Of a stretch of 64,000 nt of DNA, positions 1 to 9,426 are shown piece after piece (position 1 is the first letter of the stretch; each line of letters starts with the position of its first letter). The stretch is from the IMG/VR virus record IMGVR_UViG_3300037455_000462, positions 32,001 through 96,000 of that record. One strand, 5' to 3'. This DNA is from a virus. Lineage: Duplodnaviria > Caudoviricetes. The notes beneath the pieces are model-generated. The model was not told where the DNA came from. It saw nothing but the letters and a program-made list of their open reading frames with translations, and made no database searches. The translations under genes and the position numbers were made by a program.

Positions 1-60
1 GATATATTGTTCGCTGTTCAATACTTTTGTCATAGTCGCTTGTTTTCTATATTTATAACA

Positions 61-462
61 CTAATTGTCGCAATATCCTTCGACATCCTCGCCAAGCCAA
101 ACATACAATGTTTCTTGACGATATATTTTTACACTTGCATATCCGTCACTTCCGATTTTGGCGCGTTTTATGTCGTCTTCATAAACAACATCGGAATCTG
201 GTTTCACCGAATATGTAGCAAAATTTTTTGCTCCCTTTGTCAACTTATCCCCAATACGAACCAACCAAAGCCAACTCTTCGTCCTTTTTTCGATTTTATA
301 AAAATATACAATACCTCTATATGTACAATACACAATATCCCCAACGTGATAGAGTTTTCTTGCAACATTGGTTTTGTCAAGCCGTTCCTTGCTGATAGGT
401 TGTATATCGAGTTTCTCGGACAACGCCGTGACAAACTCATCAAACTTCATTATATTATTCAT
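61..462 (-). CDS. hypothetical protein with EKLDIQPISKERL tag (putative head/internal protein)
   Basis: 133-aa ORF; N-terminus FDEFVTALSE|KLDIQPISKERL; last gene seen in the late operon starting at 5838. Confidence 0.7.
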   Translation of the reverse strand: MNNIMKFDEFVTALSEKLDIQPISKERLDKTNVARKLYHVGDIVYCTYRGIVYFYKIEKRTKSWLWLVRIGDKLTKGAKNFATYSVKPDSDVVYEDDIKRAKIGSDGYASVKIYRQETLYVWLGEDVEGYCDN

Positions 463-471
463 AATCTGATA

Positions 472-1002
472 TTATTCTACTTTATCAAATATTTCATTGA
501 GTCGTTTTTCAATATAAGAAAAATCACCCCTAAAATTAGCACGGAATGGAAAGAGTCCAAATGTTGTTGACATCGGTATCAAATAACGGATACTGTCTTC
601 CACCCTGCAAGCAAACACATCACAGTTACCATACCCATACACCTTTGCTCTGTTATAAAAATCATCCCAATCATAAAATATTGACTTTGAAAAATCCATA
701 ACCCAATCATCCGTGACTATTTGACCGTTAATTTTGGGAAACCTACCATTACTTTTCGGTTGTGACGCAAGTGGATAAAACCAAGCACCTTTTTTTATTT
801 GTGTGACAAGTTTCGGCAATTTACTCATTTTTATAGGACGAATGTTTAATTTTTCTTCAATACCTCCTTCACTTCCATAATAGAAAAACGGTTTATATGT
901 GTCATTAAAGTCAATTTCATACGGATGATTGGCATTCATATAACTTCTAACCCCAAATTGCTTAACTTTAGCCATTTCATCAATTCTCATTATATGTATC
1001 AT
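472..1002 (-). CDS. hypothetical protein with degenerate tag (IEE|KLNIRPI)
   Basis: 176-aa ORF in same operon; tag at residue 50. Confidence 0.65.
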   Translation of the reverse strand: MIHIMRIDEMAKVKQFGVRSYMNANHPYEIDFNDTYKPFFYYGSEGGIEEKLNIRPIKMSKLPKLVTQIKKGAWFYPLASQPKSNGRFPKINGQIVTDDWVMDFSKSIFYDWDDFYNRAKVYGYGNCDVFACRVEDSIRYLIPMSTTFGLFPFRANFRGDFSYIEKRLNEIFDKVE

Positions 1003-1024
1003 AATTCAAATTATGTTTCAATAT

Positions 1025-2035
1025 TTATACAGACCGACCCACTCTCTCGAACTTCACAATCAAATCCAATATGTCAACATTCTTTATGTATTCGAATGTG
1101 AACGGCTGTATCTGCCGTTTCTCGTGTCTGTATATAGCCTGCACGGTAAGCGAATTTTGGTTTGACGATTTCGGCATCATCATACGGTCGTCCTCAAACT
1201 CGCCAAGCATAACACTATCTAAAAATTCACTATTAGCGTGTAGTTTGCGGCAAGTCAAAAGAACACCCTCGCTTTTGCCCTTTTGCTGTTTGGCTGCAAG
1301 GTATATCGAATGCGGAAGCGTGCTTGCATAGTCATATTTCTCAATATCGTCAATCGTCACATACACGTATATGGTCATCCTTGTGTCAAGCGAACCCGTT
1401 GTAATCACAACATCACCGCTTCTCAACTTTTTCTTCCAACCTTCCTTCTCTTCTATTCTAACCCACGGGTGTATGTCGCCGAGGCGTTCCTTGGATATGG
1501 GCTGTATGTTCAGTTTCTCATTGGTCGCCGATTTGCGTTCCCACACAACATAGGCGTTCTTTGTCGAAAATTCCTTCGCAAACACATTGACATAAAACTT
1601 GTTCCTTATCCAATATCCTTTGAGTGTCGGATAACGGTAAACTCTCATAATACTGCCGACTTTACCGTGAAGCCAATTCAAGTATTCATCATAATCCATA
1701 AGTCTCGTGGTGTTGTTTATGTCATACCCAAAGCCTGGTGTAATCATCACAAAACACCCCTTGTGCAAAAAATCCTTTGAAACGAGATACTCGGAGTCGG
1801 ATTTCGGAAAAAAGCCGTAATCGTCATAAGAAACATAAACCAAATAATTGAGTTCTTTGACATCGTTGTTCCCCGTGCCGAATGACACAACATCCCCCGT
1901 CTTGAAATTCTCACGCATCTCGCTCGCGGACTTGTATCTGACAAGGACACTACCAAGGCGTTCCTTGGTTATCGGCTGTATATTGAGTTTTTCCGTAACT
2001 TCGGAAAAACCGTCAACGCTTAACACTTTTGTCAT
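1025..2035 (-). CDS. two-module hypothetical protein, each module starting with the EKLNIQPI[TS]KERL tag
   Basis: Tag at residues 15 and 173; both modules share a GDVV...YV[ST].DD...G..[VL] pattern. Confidence 0.75.
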   Translation of the reverse strand: MTKVLSVDGFSEVTEKLNIQPITKERLGSVLVRYKSASEMRENFKTGDVVSFGTGNNDVKELNYLVYVSYDDYGFFPKSDSEYLVSKDFLHKGCFVMITPGFGYDINNTTRLMDYDEYLNWLHGKVGSIMRVYRYPTLKGYWIRNKFYVNVFAKEFSTKNAYVVWERKSATNEKLNIQPISKERLGDIHPWVRIEEKEGWKKKLRSGDVVITTGSLDTRMTIYVYVTIDDIEKYDYASTLPHSIYLAAKQQKGKSEGVLLTCRKLHANSEFLDSVMLGEFEDDRMMMPKSSNQNSLTVQAIYRHEKRQIQPFTFEYIKNVDILDLIVKFERVGRSV

Positions 2036-3729
2036 ATTTCATCTTGATTTTTCAAATCTGTATTCCATTTGTATTCAATGGTAACGTTGCCGAATCTATA
2101 TGTCGTGTTCTTGAATGTATGACCCGCGTCCTCGAATTTCTGCTCGTACTCACCGACAGCAAAGTCAACTTCCTTGATTATGAACGGGCGTTCCTTGTAT
2201 GACACGTGCCAATCGTCAGTGGTCGGTATTTTGTAGTCAACGCCGTTATACGTGAAATGCGTGAAACTCGCGTGCTTCTCGTCATACAGCATATTAATCA
2301 AATCACCGATATTGACATCGATTTCTATCGAGTTGGCATACCATCTCGGAAGCATACGCTTCATAAAAGACACGGGTTTCTCCACATAGTTCAAGTCACG
2401 TTTAAGCACCTTTTCGTTTATGGTGTAGCGACTGCCGCAATACAGCCTATCGCCCAAATCATAACTGTCGCCGAACAATGCGTACTCAAACATAGGCTTC
2501 TTTTCAATGACATAGAAGCATTTGCCGTTGTATGTGTACCAAGTGCCTTCAATGCCTTTGTTCTTGTCGTTTCTGACTTTTGTCATCATATTGCCCGCTT
2601 CCTTGAACGGCGCGTTCCAATTCTCTTCGAATTCCTCTTCGGGAATATCAACCAAATGGGAAACGCACTCGTTGCCAACGTGGAACGTCTCGCCTTTCGG
2701 GTTTTTTATCACCATAACATTGACAATCGGGTCTTTGCCGCAATGCTCGCAAACTTCGCCTGCATAGGTTCGATAGCACTTGACGAGTTCATAGTGGTCT
2801 TTCGGTAAATTCCTTTCTGTATAGACAGCCTTTCTTCTCGGAGATTCGTCCAAGTTGGTCATACCCGTTGTGTCTGGATGCTCGTCACGCCTAACAGCGT
2901 CCTCAAGCGACAACTTGGCGTTGAGTGAGAACGCATACCTTACATTCGCCACGGAATTCAAACCGCCACGCATTGTTTTCCGCATAACGGGTTTGCCTTT
3001 AAAATAGACTGTCATTTCCGCACCGTTCTTTTGTATGGCATCGCGTATTCTCTTTTCCTCCGCATCCCTTTCTGCGGCGACACGCTTTTCGTTTTCACGC
3101 TCTTCCATCTTCTCATAGACGGTATCTTCCAACCCCTTCAGTTCCGTGTTTTTTTCCGCATACAATCTGTCAAACCCCCAAGTCTTAACATAATGTTCGA
3201 CAACTTTCAATATGGACTTCAGTTCTTTCGATGGATTATATGAACTGAAATTGTTGTCAGCAAGATAATAATGGTTGAACTCGCCGTCAATCTTGGTAGC
3301 CTTTCCGTTGGCAACCGCATAGACCACGAGAACGCCGTATTTCGGGTCTGTGACCGTATTGGTCTCTTTGTCAAGTCTTGATTCATTGCCGCCGCGACTT
3401 TCGCTGCACATAGGATAAAAGACGAAACTGTGCGTATCATCAAGAGCGAACACGAATTTGTCGCCTTTGGGTGTTTCAACAAACTCATTCTTTATTCCGT
3501 AGAACTTGAATACATCGAACTCGCTCTTGTATGTCTTTTCATATTCATACTCGAAACTGAATCCGTGTTTTTCCTTTGCGTATGCTAAACGGCTTTCGTC
3601 ATACCCCGTTATGGTCGAGGCGAGGTATTTGAAGAATCTATCCAACGAATACCATCGGAACGTTTTGAGTTTGCAGTACACATTCTCGTTTATGAACTCC
3701 GAGGAGTCAAGCACATATTTCTTTTCCAT
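2032..3729 (-). CDS. hypothetical protein, possible Zn-binding domain
   Basis: Start moved to MEKKYVLDSSEFINE (3729); CEHC...HVGNEC motif. Confidence 0.65.
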   Translation of the reverse strand: MEKKYVLDSSEFINENVYCKLKTFRWYSLDRFFKYLASTITGYDESRLAYAKEKHGFSFEYEYEKTYKSEFDVFKFYGIKNEFVETPKGDKFVFALDDTHSFVFYPMCSESRGGNESRLDKETNTVTDPKYGVLVVYAVANGKATKIDGEFNHYYLADNNFSSYNPSKELKSILKVVEHYVKTWGFDRLYAEKNTELKGLEDTVYEKMEERENEKRVAAERDAEEKRIRDAIQKNGAEMTVYFKGKPVMRKTMRGGLNSVANVRYAFSLNAKLSLEDAVRRDEHPDTTGMTNLDESPRRKAVYTERNLPKDHYELVKCYRTYAGEVCEHCGKDPIVNVMVIKNPKGETFHVGNECVSHLVDIPEEEFEENWNAPFKEAGNMMTKVRNDKNKGIEGTWYTYNGKCFYVIEKKPMFEYALFGDSYDLGDRLYCGSRYTINEKVLKRDLNYVEKPVSFMKRMLPRWYANSIEIDVNIGDLINMLYDEKHASFTHFTYNGVDYKIPTTDDWHVSYKERPFIIKEVDFAVGEYEQKFEDAGHTFKNTTYRFGNVTIEYKWNTDLKNQDEI

Positions 3730-3730
3730 A

Positions 3731-4687
3731 TTATCTCTTGTCTTTGTTCTGCGGTTCGTCATATCCCGCTTTTTTTATTGTATAATCCAAATCTTTGTCA
3801 CGATTGGATTCGATGTATGTTTTCGGAAATTCCCTTTCGGTTATCAGATTCTTGTCAATCTCGCCGCCCTTTATCTTTTCGGCGAGTTCGGGTATGCTTC
3901 TGTCGTCATAGTGGTCGTCCCCAAGGTGGAACTTCGTCAGCAATCCGCCTGGGTATATGCCCGCGTTGCCGTATTCGTCTGAACGGAATGTCATAACAGT
4001 ACCGTCCTTGCCTTTAGTCATCTCGCTGATTTCGTCAAGCAATATGCCGTTCTCGAACACGGGGTAGAAACTCTTGACATCTATGCCGAATGACACCTTG
4101 TATTCCTTTTGGCTATCCATTCCAAACTCAACGGGTCTTTGTTGTGAATAATCCTGCGGCAGGGTATAGGATGACTGAACGTTCATCATACCCAAGTCAA
4201 CGAAAAATGTCGTGACTGAATACATCTTGCTCATTATGCTCTCCGTCACTTTCAACATTTCAATCTGTGACGAACAAACCATATCGCAGGAGAATGTCAT
4301 ATTGATTGGCAGGAAACAGCAACGCAGGTAGAATGTCTTTAGGTATCCGTCAACCTCGTGGACAAATTTAGCCTGCGTGAACTTGTTGACTTGACTCCCA
4401 GAATCAACGGTGATGTTATCCATATTCAGCATACCACGGGGAACTCGCTCGTAGTCGCCTATAGCCTTGCCGTTGTCTATGGCATCGTATTGGAACTCGT
4501 CTTTAAGAAAACGCTCGCTGCCCGTGACAGAGAAGAAAAACGGTATGTCAACCTTCTCCACAGTACCGTCAGCCAAGTGCTGATATATATAGAGTTTCTT
4601 CCGCAGTTCAGACAAAAGGGCGACAATAATGTATCTGATGACACTATTGTCGTAATTCTCCGTCTGATTATAAACATTCATTGCCAT
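3731..4687 (-). CDS. tail terminator/completion protein (T4 gp15-like)
   Basis: Y..S.IR.I.VA...KVDIPF...ERF...VPR pattern and size resemble the gp15 family. Confidence 0.55.
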   Translation of the reverse strand: MAMNVYNQTENYDNSVIRYIIVALLSELRKKLYIYQHLADGTVEKVDIPFFFSVTGSERFLKDEFQYDAIDNGKAIGDYERVPRGMLNMDNITVDSGSQVNKFTQAKFVHEVDGYLKTFYLRCCFLPINMTFSCDMVCSSQIEMLKVTESIMSKMYSVTTFFVDLGMMNVQSSYTLPQDYSQQRPVEFGMDSQKEYKVSFGIDVKSFYPVFENGILLDEISEMTKGKDGTVMTFRSDEYGNAGIYPGGLLTKFHLGDDHYDDRSIPELAEKIKGGEIDKNLITEREFPKTYIESNRDKDLDYTIKKAGYDEPQNKDKR

Positions 4688-4695
4688 AATAAGTT

Positions 4696-5259
4696 TTATA
4701 TGTTGTTCGGTTTTCTCGGATGTTTATCACGCTTGTTCAGCAAAGGCGAATATCCGAACATACCCCTTGTGTTGGTCGCATTCAGCAATTCCCATTTCGA
4801 CAAATCACCGTCAAAGCGGGAATATTCAAACATACGGGTTGCCCGCCGCACATTGCGCACATCCCAATCGGAAATGTCCCCGTTGAAATCGCTTCCAGCA
4901 AACATAACACACATATCTTCCACCTTACCCACATTCCATTTTGAAATATCCCCGTTGAATTTTGAATTTCGGAACATAGCGAACATATTTGTGACATTAG
5001 ATACATCCCACATCGAAATATCGCCGTTAAACTTGGAGTTGAAAAACACGCCGTTCATATCGGTTATCGCCGAAACGTCAATCACATTAAGATTGCACTC
5101 ATACCCCTGCTCGTCAATCAAACGGTCTATCGTGTAAATCAACTCTTCCCTTGTTTTGGAAAAATACAGACGGGTGAACATTTTATCCAACCGTTCTTTT
5201 GAAATGGGCGATATGTCAAGCCGCTCCCTTATATATCTTTCTGTTCCGAGAATCTCCAT
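4696..5259 (-). CDS. BspA/DUF285-type repeat protein with N-terminal tag
   Basis: Repeats FNGDISxWDVSNVTNMxxMF; N-terminal IRE|RLDISPISKERL. Confidence 0.8.
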   Translation of the reverse strand: MEILGTERYIRERLDISPISKERLDKMFTRLYFSKTREELIYTIDRLIDEQGYECNLNVIDVSAITDMNGVFFNSKFNGDISMWDVSNVTNMFAMFRNSKFNGDISKWNVGKVEDMCVMFAGSDFNGDISDWDVRNVRRATRMFEYSRFDGDLSKWELLNATNTRGMFGYSPLLNKRDKHPRKPNNI

Positions 5260-5813
5260 TACTGTTGTGCATTATATTTCTGCTCGATATCCGCAATGTA
5301 ATCTTCGAGATATTTGAGGTGTTCCTCCTCGTCAGCGAGAATATGCACAGCCATATCGTAAGTTGTCGTATCCTTTCCCCTCGTGAAGTCAAGTAGTTTC
5401 TGATAGCCGTCAATGGCACATTTCTCGTGGGCTATGTTCATAACAACAAGAGACCTTGTGTCGTATGGCTTCTGCGGAATTTGATAAGCGCATTCGCTCA
5501 ACGAAGCCAAGTTGCGGATGTCTTTGAGTTTTTCGGCATCGCCGCCGAGTTCCGAAATGCGCTTGATAATCTTCGCCGCGTGGTCGTTGAGTTCGTCATC
5601 AGCCATTTCAGCAAATGTTTTTTCGATACTCGGTCTTTCATCGCCAACCAAGAACGGAACAATGACGTTATAGTGATACCATTGCAGGATTTCCTCGGCA
5701 TAACGCTTTTCGAGCATCTCCACCAAAGCAACTCTGTCAATGCGTTCCTCAACGCTCTCATTCACCTTGTTTTTGAAATAATCCTTGTTTGTGTATTGAC
5801 TCAAATTTTTCAT
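5259..5813 (-). CDS. ferritin/bacterioferritin/Dps-like four-helix protein
   Basis: E...Y, DExxxH, HEKCAIxxY and DEEEH di-iron-type ligands; start moved to MKNLSQY, just below the late promoter. Confidence 0.8.
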   Translation of the reverse strand: MKNLSQYTNKDYFKNKVNESVEERIDRVALVEMLEKRYAEEILQWYHYNVIVPFLVGDERPSIEKTFAEMADDELNDHAAKIIKRISELGGDAEKLKDIRNLASLSECAYQIPQKPYDTRSLVVMNIAHEKCAIDGYQKLLDFTRGKDTTTYDMAVHILADEEEHLKYLEDYIADIEQKYNAQQ

Positions 5814-5830
5814 AATAACTATTGTTTGTA

Positions 5831-5838
5831 TATTTATA
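5831..5838 (-). promoter_or_regulatory. T4-type late promoter TATAAATA
   Basis: Exact TATAAATA about 18 nt upstream of the ATG at 5813. Confidence 0.7.
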
Positions 5839-5878
5839 ACTATTATGAATCTGACTGCCGTCAAACACCATAGCCAAT

Positions 5879-5906
5879 AAAAAACCCCGCATTTGCGGGG
5901 TTTTTG
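5879..5906. terminator. intrinsic terminator (bidirectional)
   Basis: AAAAACCCCGC-ATTT-GCGGGGTTTTT directly after the vWA gene stop. Confidence 0.8.
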
Positions 5907-8378
5907 TTATTTGTAAAACGGGCTGTTGTTTCTGCCCTTACAATTTTCGTCAAGTTCGATGTAGCAGCGTGACAATGGTTCATATTCGGGATTTACGCAC
6001 CAATCCAAATACTTTTTGAACTGGCTCATTATATCATAATTGTAGATAACAAAAAGCAACTTGTTCTTCATAGGTATGAGTTTTTTCAATGGATTTGCGT
6101 TGAACTCGCCGTCCGTCAAGAAAATCCATACGGAGAATCTGTCGTTCTGCACATTCTTCAATGCGTAATCAACACATTCGTTAACCTTTGTTGCAGTTCT
6201 GCCCGCATTATTGCTGTTAACCATATTCAGAATCTTCGTTATAGCCGCGTCTTTGTCTCTCTTGACCTCATCAGCCTTGAAGTAAACGGATGAACCCGTG
6301 TCGAGATTCCTTGCAAACGGCATAAGCGTAAGTCCAGAATATTCGAGTTTGTCGCAGCAATCGACAATTGTGTTGGCGAAAAGTTCGACAGTATTCCTAT
6401 CCACGGAATTTGATGTATCCACAAACACGTTTATATTCTGCGGTGCTGCATCGTTTTTGGGGTGATATGGCTGAATTATGTCGTGTGCAAGCGTTCTTCT
6501 GTTACCCCAACGAATCTTGTTTCTATCGGGTATCTTATGTTTTTTGTTGGCGTAGAGTGTATTGGATTCAAGGAATTTCTTGACAACTTCCTGCCATAAA
6601 TCATTTATGGTCTGCTGACTCATCTTCAACTTTGTGAATAATTTGCCCAACGCGCTTTTAGGACTGTTTTTGACAATATCATCACGTAGTTTTTGTATAT
6701 CGTCACCGCCCATAACGGGTCTGCTTGACAAATCGTGCATCAAATCCTTTATGCTATCCTCACCAAAACCGCTTCGTTTCAATGATTCACCAAGTCTTGA
6801 ATTCAAATCGCTCTGCCTAATCATCTCACCGACAACCCTCTGATTGACACGCTCGGTACTGTGGTTTATTCTGCCGCCATAGTCAAGAACCTTGCTCTTT
6901 CTATCACGGTTTCTTTCCTTTCTGTCAGTTCCATCGGAATAACCGTGTTGCTTTTTCTCGGAACGTTTGTCAATAACAGTGTCGGAATTGCCATTATTAG
7001 CCTTGCTTTCGTCACCGTTTTGACTATCCTGCTGATTGCCTTGCTGTCCGCTCTGCTGTCCGCTCTGCTGTCCGCTCTGCTGTCCGCTCTGCTCGCCGTT
7101 TTCTCGACTGCTTTCTTCACCATTTTGACCATTCTGCTGACTTCTCTGTTGACTTGCCTGCTGCTGTCCGTTGTCGGAACTGCTGTTCATATCTGCGGAG
7201 TTATCCGCTTCATCAACCGCTCTGTCAGCCGACCTTTGGGCTTTGTCGTTTTCGCCTTGTGCTTTCTTTGCATTTTCCCTTGCCGCATCGGTATCGCCTT
7301 TTTCGGCGGCTTCCTTTGCGCTGTCGGCTGCGTCTTGTGCGTCATTGGCTGCATCGTTTGCCTTATCAGCCGCTTCCTGCGCTTTGTCTGCGGACTGCTG
7401 CGCTCTATCAGCCTTTGACTTTGCGTTTTGGTATTCTTGTGAATCCTCGCCGTATTTACGCTTTGCTTTCTCGGCGGCTTCCTTTGCTTTGTCGGCTATA
7501 TCCTGCGCATCGTTTGCCGCTTCCTGCGCGTCATTTGCCGCATCCCAAGCATCTTCAGCAGCCTTTTGCGCTTCGTCAGCAGCCTCATCAGCGGACATAT
7601 CGGAAACGTTCTTTTGACCGCCGCCGTTGGAATCACCATTTTCGCCATTTGATTCCTTTTCTGCGTCTTGAGCAAACCAAGAGTTCATCTTGGCATCGTC
7701 CGCTGCGTTTTTCGCATCATTCGCATTCTCGCTTGCGCTGCCTGCGGCATCCCTTGCGGATTGGGTATCGCCATTCTTTGCCGCTTCTCTTGCCTTGTTA
7801 GCGTCACTTTGTGCTTTGTCTGCCGATTCCTGCGCTGAATCAGCGGCTTCCTGCGCATCGTTTGCTGCGGATGCCGCCTCGTCCGCGAGGTCTTTCATAT
7901 CCTTGTATTCCTGCGAATTTTCACCGAACTGTGCCTTTGCTTTCTCCGCATTTTCATTCGCTTTGTCCGCCGCGTTCTGTGCGCCGATAGCGGACTGACG
8001 TGCGGAATCAGCGGACTTCTGTGCTTTGTCTGCCGAATTCTGTGCGCTGTCAGCAGCCTCGTCAGCACTCATTTCGTCTATGCTTTTGGAACTGCTGCCG
8101 CCACTCTGACTATCGTCTTGCTGTTGACTATTATCCTTTTCGTCTGAAGGGAGAAGGCTGTCGTCTGACGATGAATCACCACCGCCTTGCTGATTCTTGT
8201 TCGGAACAATGGCACGCTCTTTATGGGTTTCGGGTTTTTTCTCTTCCTGCTGACCGCCTCCCCCTGGGGGTGGTGTTCCGCCAATCAATTCACCCATACT
8301 GTCGGACAAACCTTTTACAAGACCGTCCTCGTATTTGCTATAACCATTCGGTATTTCGGATTCGTTTATTTGTTTCAT
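5907..8378 (-). CDS. vWA-domain protein with long Ala/Asp/Gln low-complexity stalk
   Basis: C-terminal MIDAS-like VFVDTSNS...T...FLTDG; two copies of an MSADEAAD-led A/D-rich repeat. Confidence 0.8.
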   Translation of the reverse strand: MKQINESEIPNGYSKYEDGLVKGLSDSMGELIGGTPPPGGGGQQEEKKPETHKERAIVPNKNQQGGGDSSSDDSLLPSDEKDNSQQQDDSQSGGSSSKSIDEMSADEAADSAQNSADKAQKSADSARQSAIGAQNAADKANENAEKAKAQFGENSQEYKDMKDLADEAASAANDAQEAADSAQESADKAQSDANKAREAAKNGDTQSARDAAGSASENANDAKNAADDAKMNSWFAQDAEKESNGENGDSNGGGQKNVSDMSADEAADEAQKAAEDAWDAANDAQEAANDAQDIADKAKEAAEKAKRKYGEDSQEYQNAKSKADRAQQSADKAQEAADKANDAANDAQDAADSAKEAAEKGDTDAARENAKKAQGENDKAQRSADRAVDEADNSADMNSSSDNGQQQASQQRSQQNGQNGEESSRENGEQSGQQSGQQSGQQSGQQGNQQDSQNGDESKANNGNSDTVIDKRSEKKQHGYSDGTDRKERNRDRKSKVLDYGGRINHSTERVNQRVVGEMIRQSDLNSRLGESLKRSGFGEDSIKDLMHDLSSRPVMGGDDIQKLRDDIVKNSPKSALGKLFTKLKMSQQTINDLWQEVVKKFLESNTLYANKKHKIPDRNKIRWGNRRTLAHDIIQPYHPKNDAAPQNINVFVDTSNSVDRNTVELFANTIVDCCDKLEYSGLTLMPFARNLDTGSSVYFKADEVKRDKDAAITKILNMVNSNNAGRTATKVNECVDYALKNVQNDRFSVWIFLTDGEFNANPLKKLIPMKNKLLFVIYNYDIMSQFKKYLDWCVNPEYEPLSRCYIELDENCKGRNNSPFYK
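7042..7089. repeat. 12-bp tandem repeat x4 encoding (SGQQ)n
   Basis: TGCTGTCCGCTC repeated four times. Confidence 0.9.
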
Positions 8379-8404
8379 ATATCAGTCTTTTGTTTTTAAC
8401 ACCG

Positions 8405-8460
8405 CAAAAATATAAAATTTTTTTATACACAGTGCATTTTTTTACGAAAAGTTATCAACA
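8405..8460 (-). promoter_or_regulatory. host-type (Bacteroidota sigma-A) promoter with upstream TGTTGATAAC box
   Basis: Coding strand TGTTGATAACTTTT...GTGTATAAAA...TATTTTTGC; TAnnTTTG -7 element; same layout at 45640 and 50387. Confidence 0.6.
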
Positions 8461-8469
8461 CAATCTTGC

Positions 8470-9372
8470 TTATTGTTTTGCTCCGAATCTGCTGCGGAGT
8501 TCTTCGGCTACTTTGCTCATATCGCCGCCATATTTCTTTGAAAGACTTTCAAGTTCCTCAAACGTCTTTGTCGCATTGCGCTTATTAGCCTTGTATAATT
8601 GTCTAACAAGTTCCCTTCCGTCACGGTGTCCGTCCTTCCATTCAACAGAAGTCGGGATTTTGTTTTTCTTTTCTTGGTCGTTGTCGTCATTCTGCTGTTG
8701 TTGCTTCTGCTGCTGTTTCTGCTGCTGTCTCTGTTGCTTTTGCGCATTAGCCTTTTTCTGTCTGTCAATATAAAACTTGAAATCCTTTATAATGGTTTCC
8801 ATCGGAATACCTATAAGGCGTTTCTCATACCAACAGTCTATGGAAGGCCAGAACTCCTCGTTGCATAGACCGTCACTCACCATCATTCCGTTGATTTCCA
8901 AGTCGCCCGCAATATTGAGGTCTCCCCAAGTAGCCTTCGGAGTATTGACGGCATTATATGCGTGCATTCTCGAAATGTGGGCAAGCATAGAGTGCATAGC
9001 CTCGTGATAAAGACATCTGAACACACCGATTGCGCTCATATTCAAACCTCTTGGTGGTTTGTTATACAAGAAGCCGACATTTATGCAATAAATCATATTG
9101 TCGCTGACACACATAGTCGGAGTGACATAATCGTCCAACAAATACACAATGGTCGCACCACGAATGTACTTATATTCGTATGGATGGGTGTTCTTGAAAT
9201 ACATCAACGCGCTGTTAACGAGGTCAACAAACCTGCTGCCCTCGACCACATTGCCGTCATCCATAAGGATTCCGCCCATAGCGATAAGGTCTTCCGCATT
9301 GCCACCCTCTATATTGGTGTAACTTTCAAGAAGCACGGAATACTTCGTTGAGTCGTATATGTAATTTTTCAT
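8470..9372 (-). CDS. putative zinc metallopeptidase (DUF2201_N-like, vWA/MoxR-associated)
   Basis: LYHEAMH (HExxH) followed by NIAGDLEIN; start moved to MKNYIY. Confidence 0.7.
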   Translation of the reverse strand: MKNYIYDSTKYSVLLESYTNIEGGNAEDLIAMGGILMDDGNVVEGSRFVDLVNSALMYFKNTHPYEYKYIRGATIVYLLDDYVTPTMCVSDNMIYCINVGFLYNKPPRGLNMSAIGVFRCLYHEAMHSMLAHISRMHAYNAVNTPKATWGDLNIAGDLEINGMMVSDGLCNEEFWPSIDCWYEKRLIGIPMETIIKDFKFYIDRQKKANAQKQQRQQQKQQQKQQQQNDDNDQEKKNKIPTSVEWKDGHRDGRELVRQLYKANKRNATKTFEELESLSKKYGGDMSKVAEELRSRFGAKQ

Positions 9373-9388
9373 TGCCAAAAAATATTTC

Positions 9389-9420
9389 AAAACTCCCAAC
9401 CTATGAGATTGGGAGTTTTT
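9389..9420. terminator. intrinsic terminator hairpin
   Basis: AAAACTCCCAA-N9-TTGGGAGTTTT after the AAA gene stop. Confidence 0.7.
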
Positions 9421-9426
9421 ATGTTA

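Noticed and set aside
7042-7089. Short tandem repeat as a CRISPR array or contingency locus
   Set aside because: The 12-bp in-frame unit has no spacers and simply encodes an SGQQ linker.
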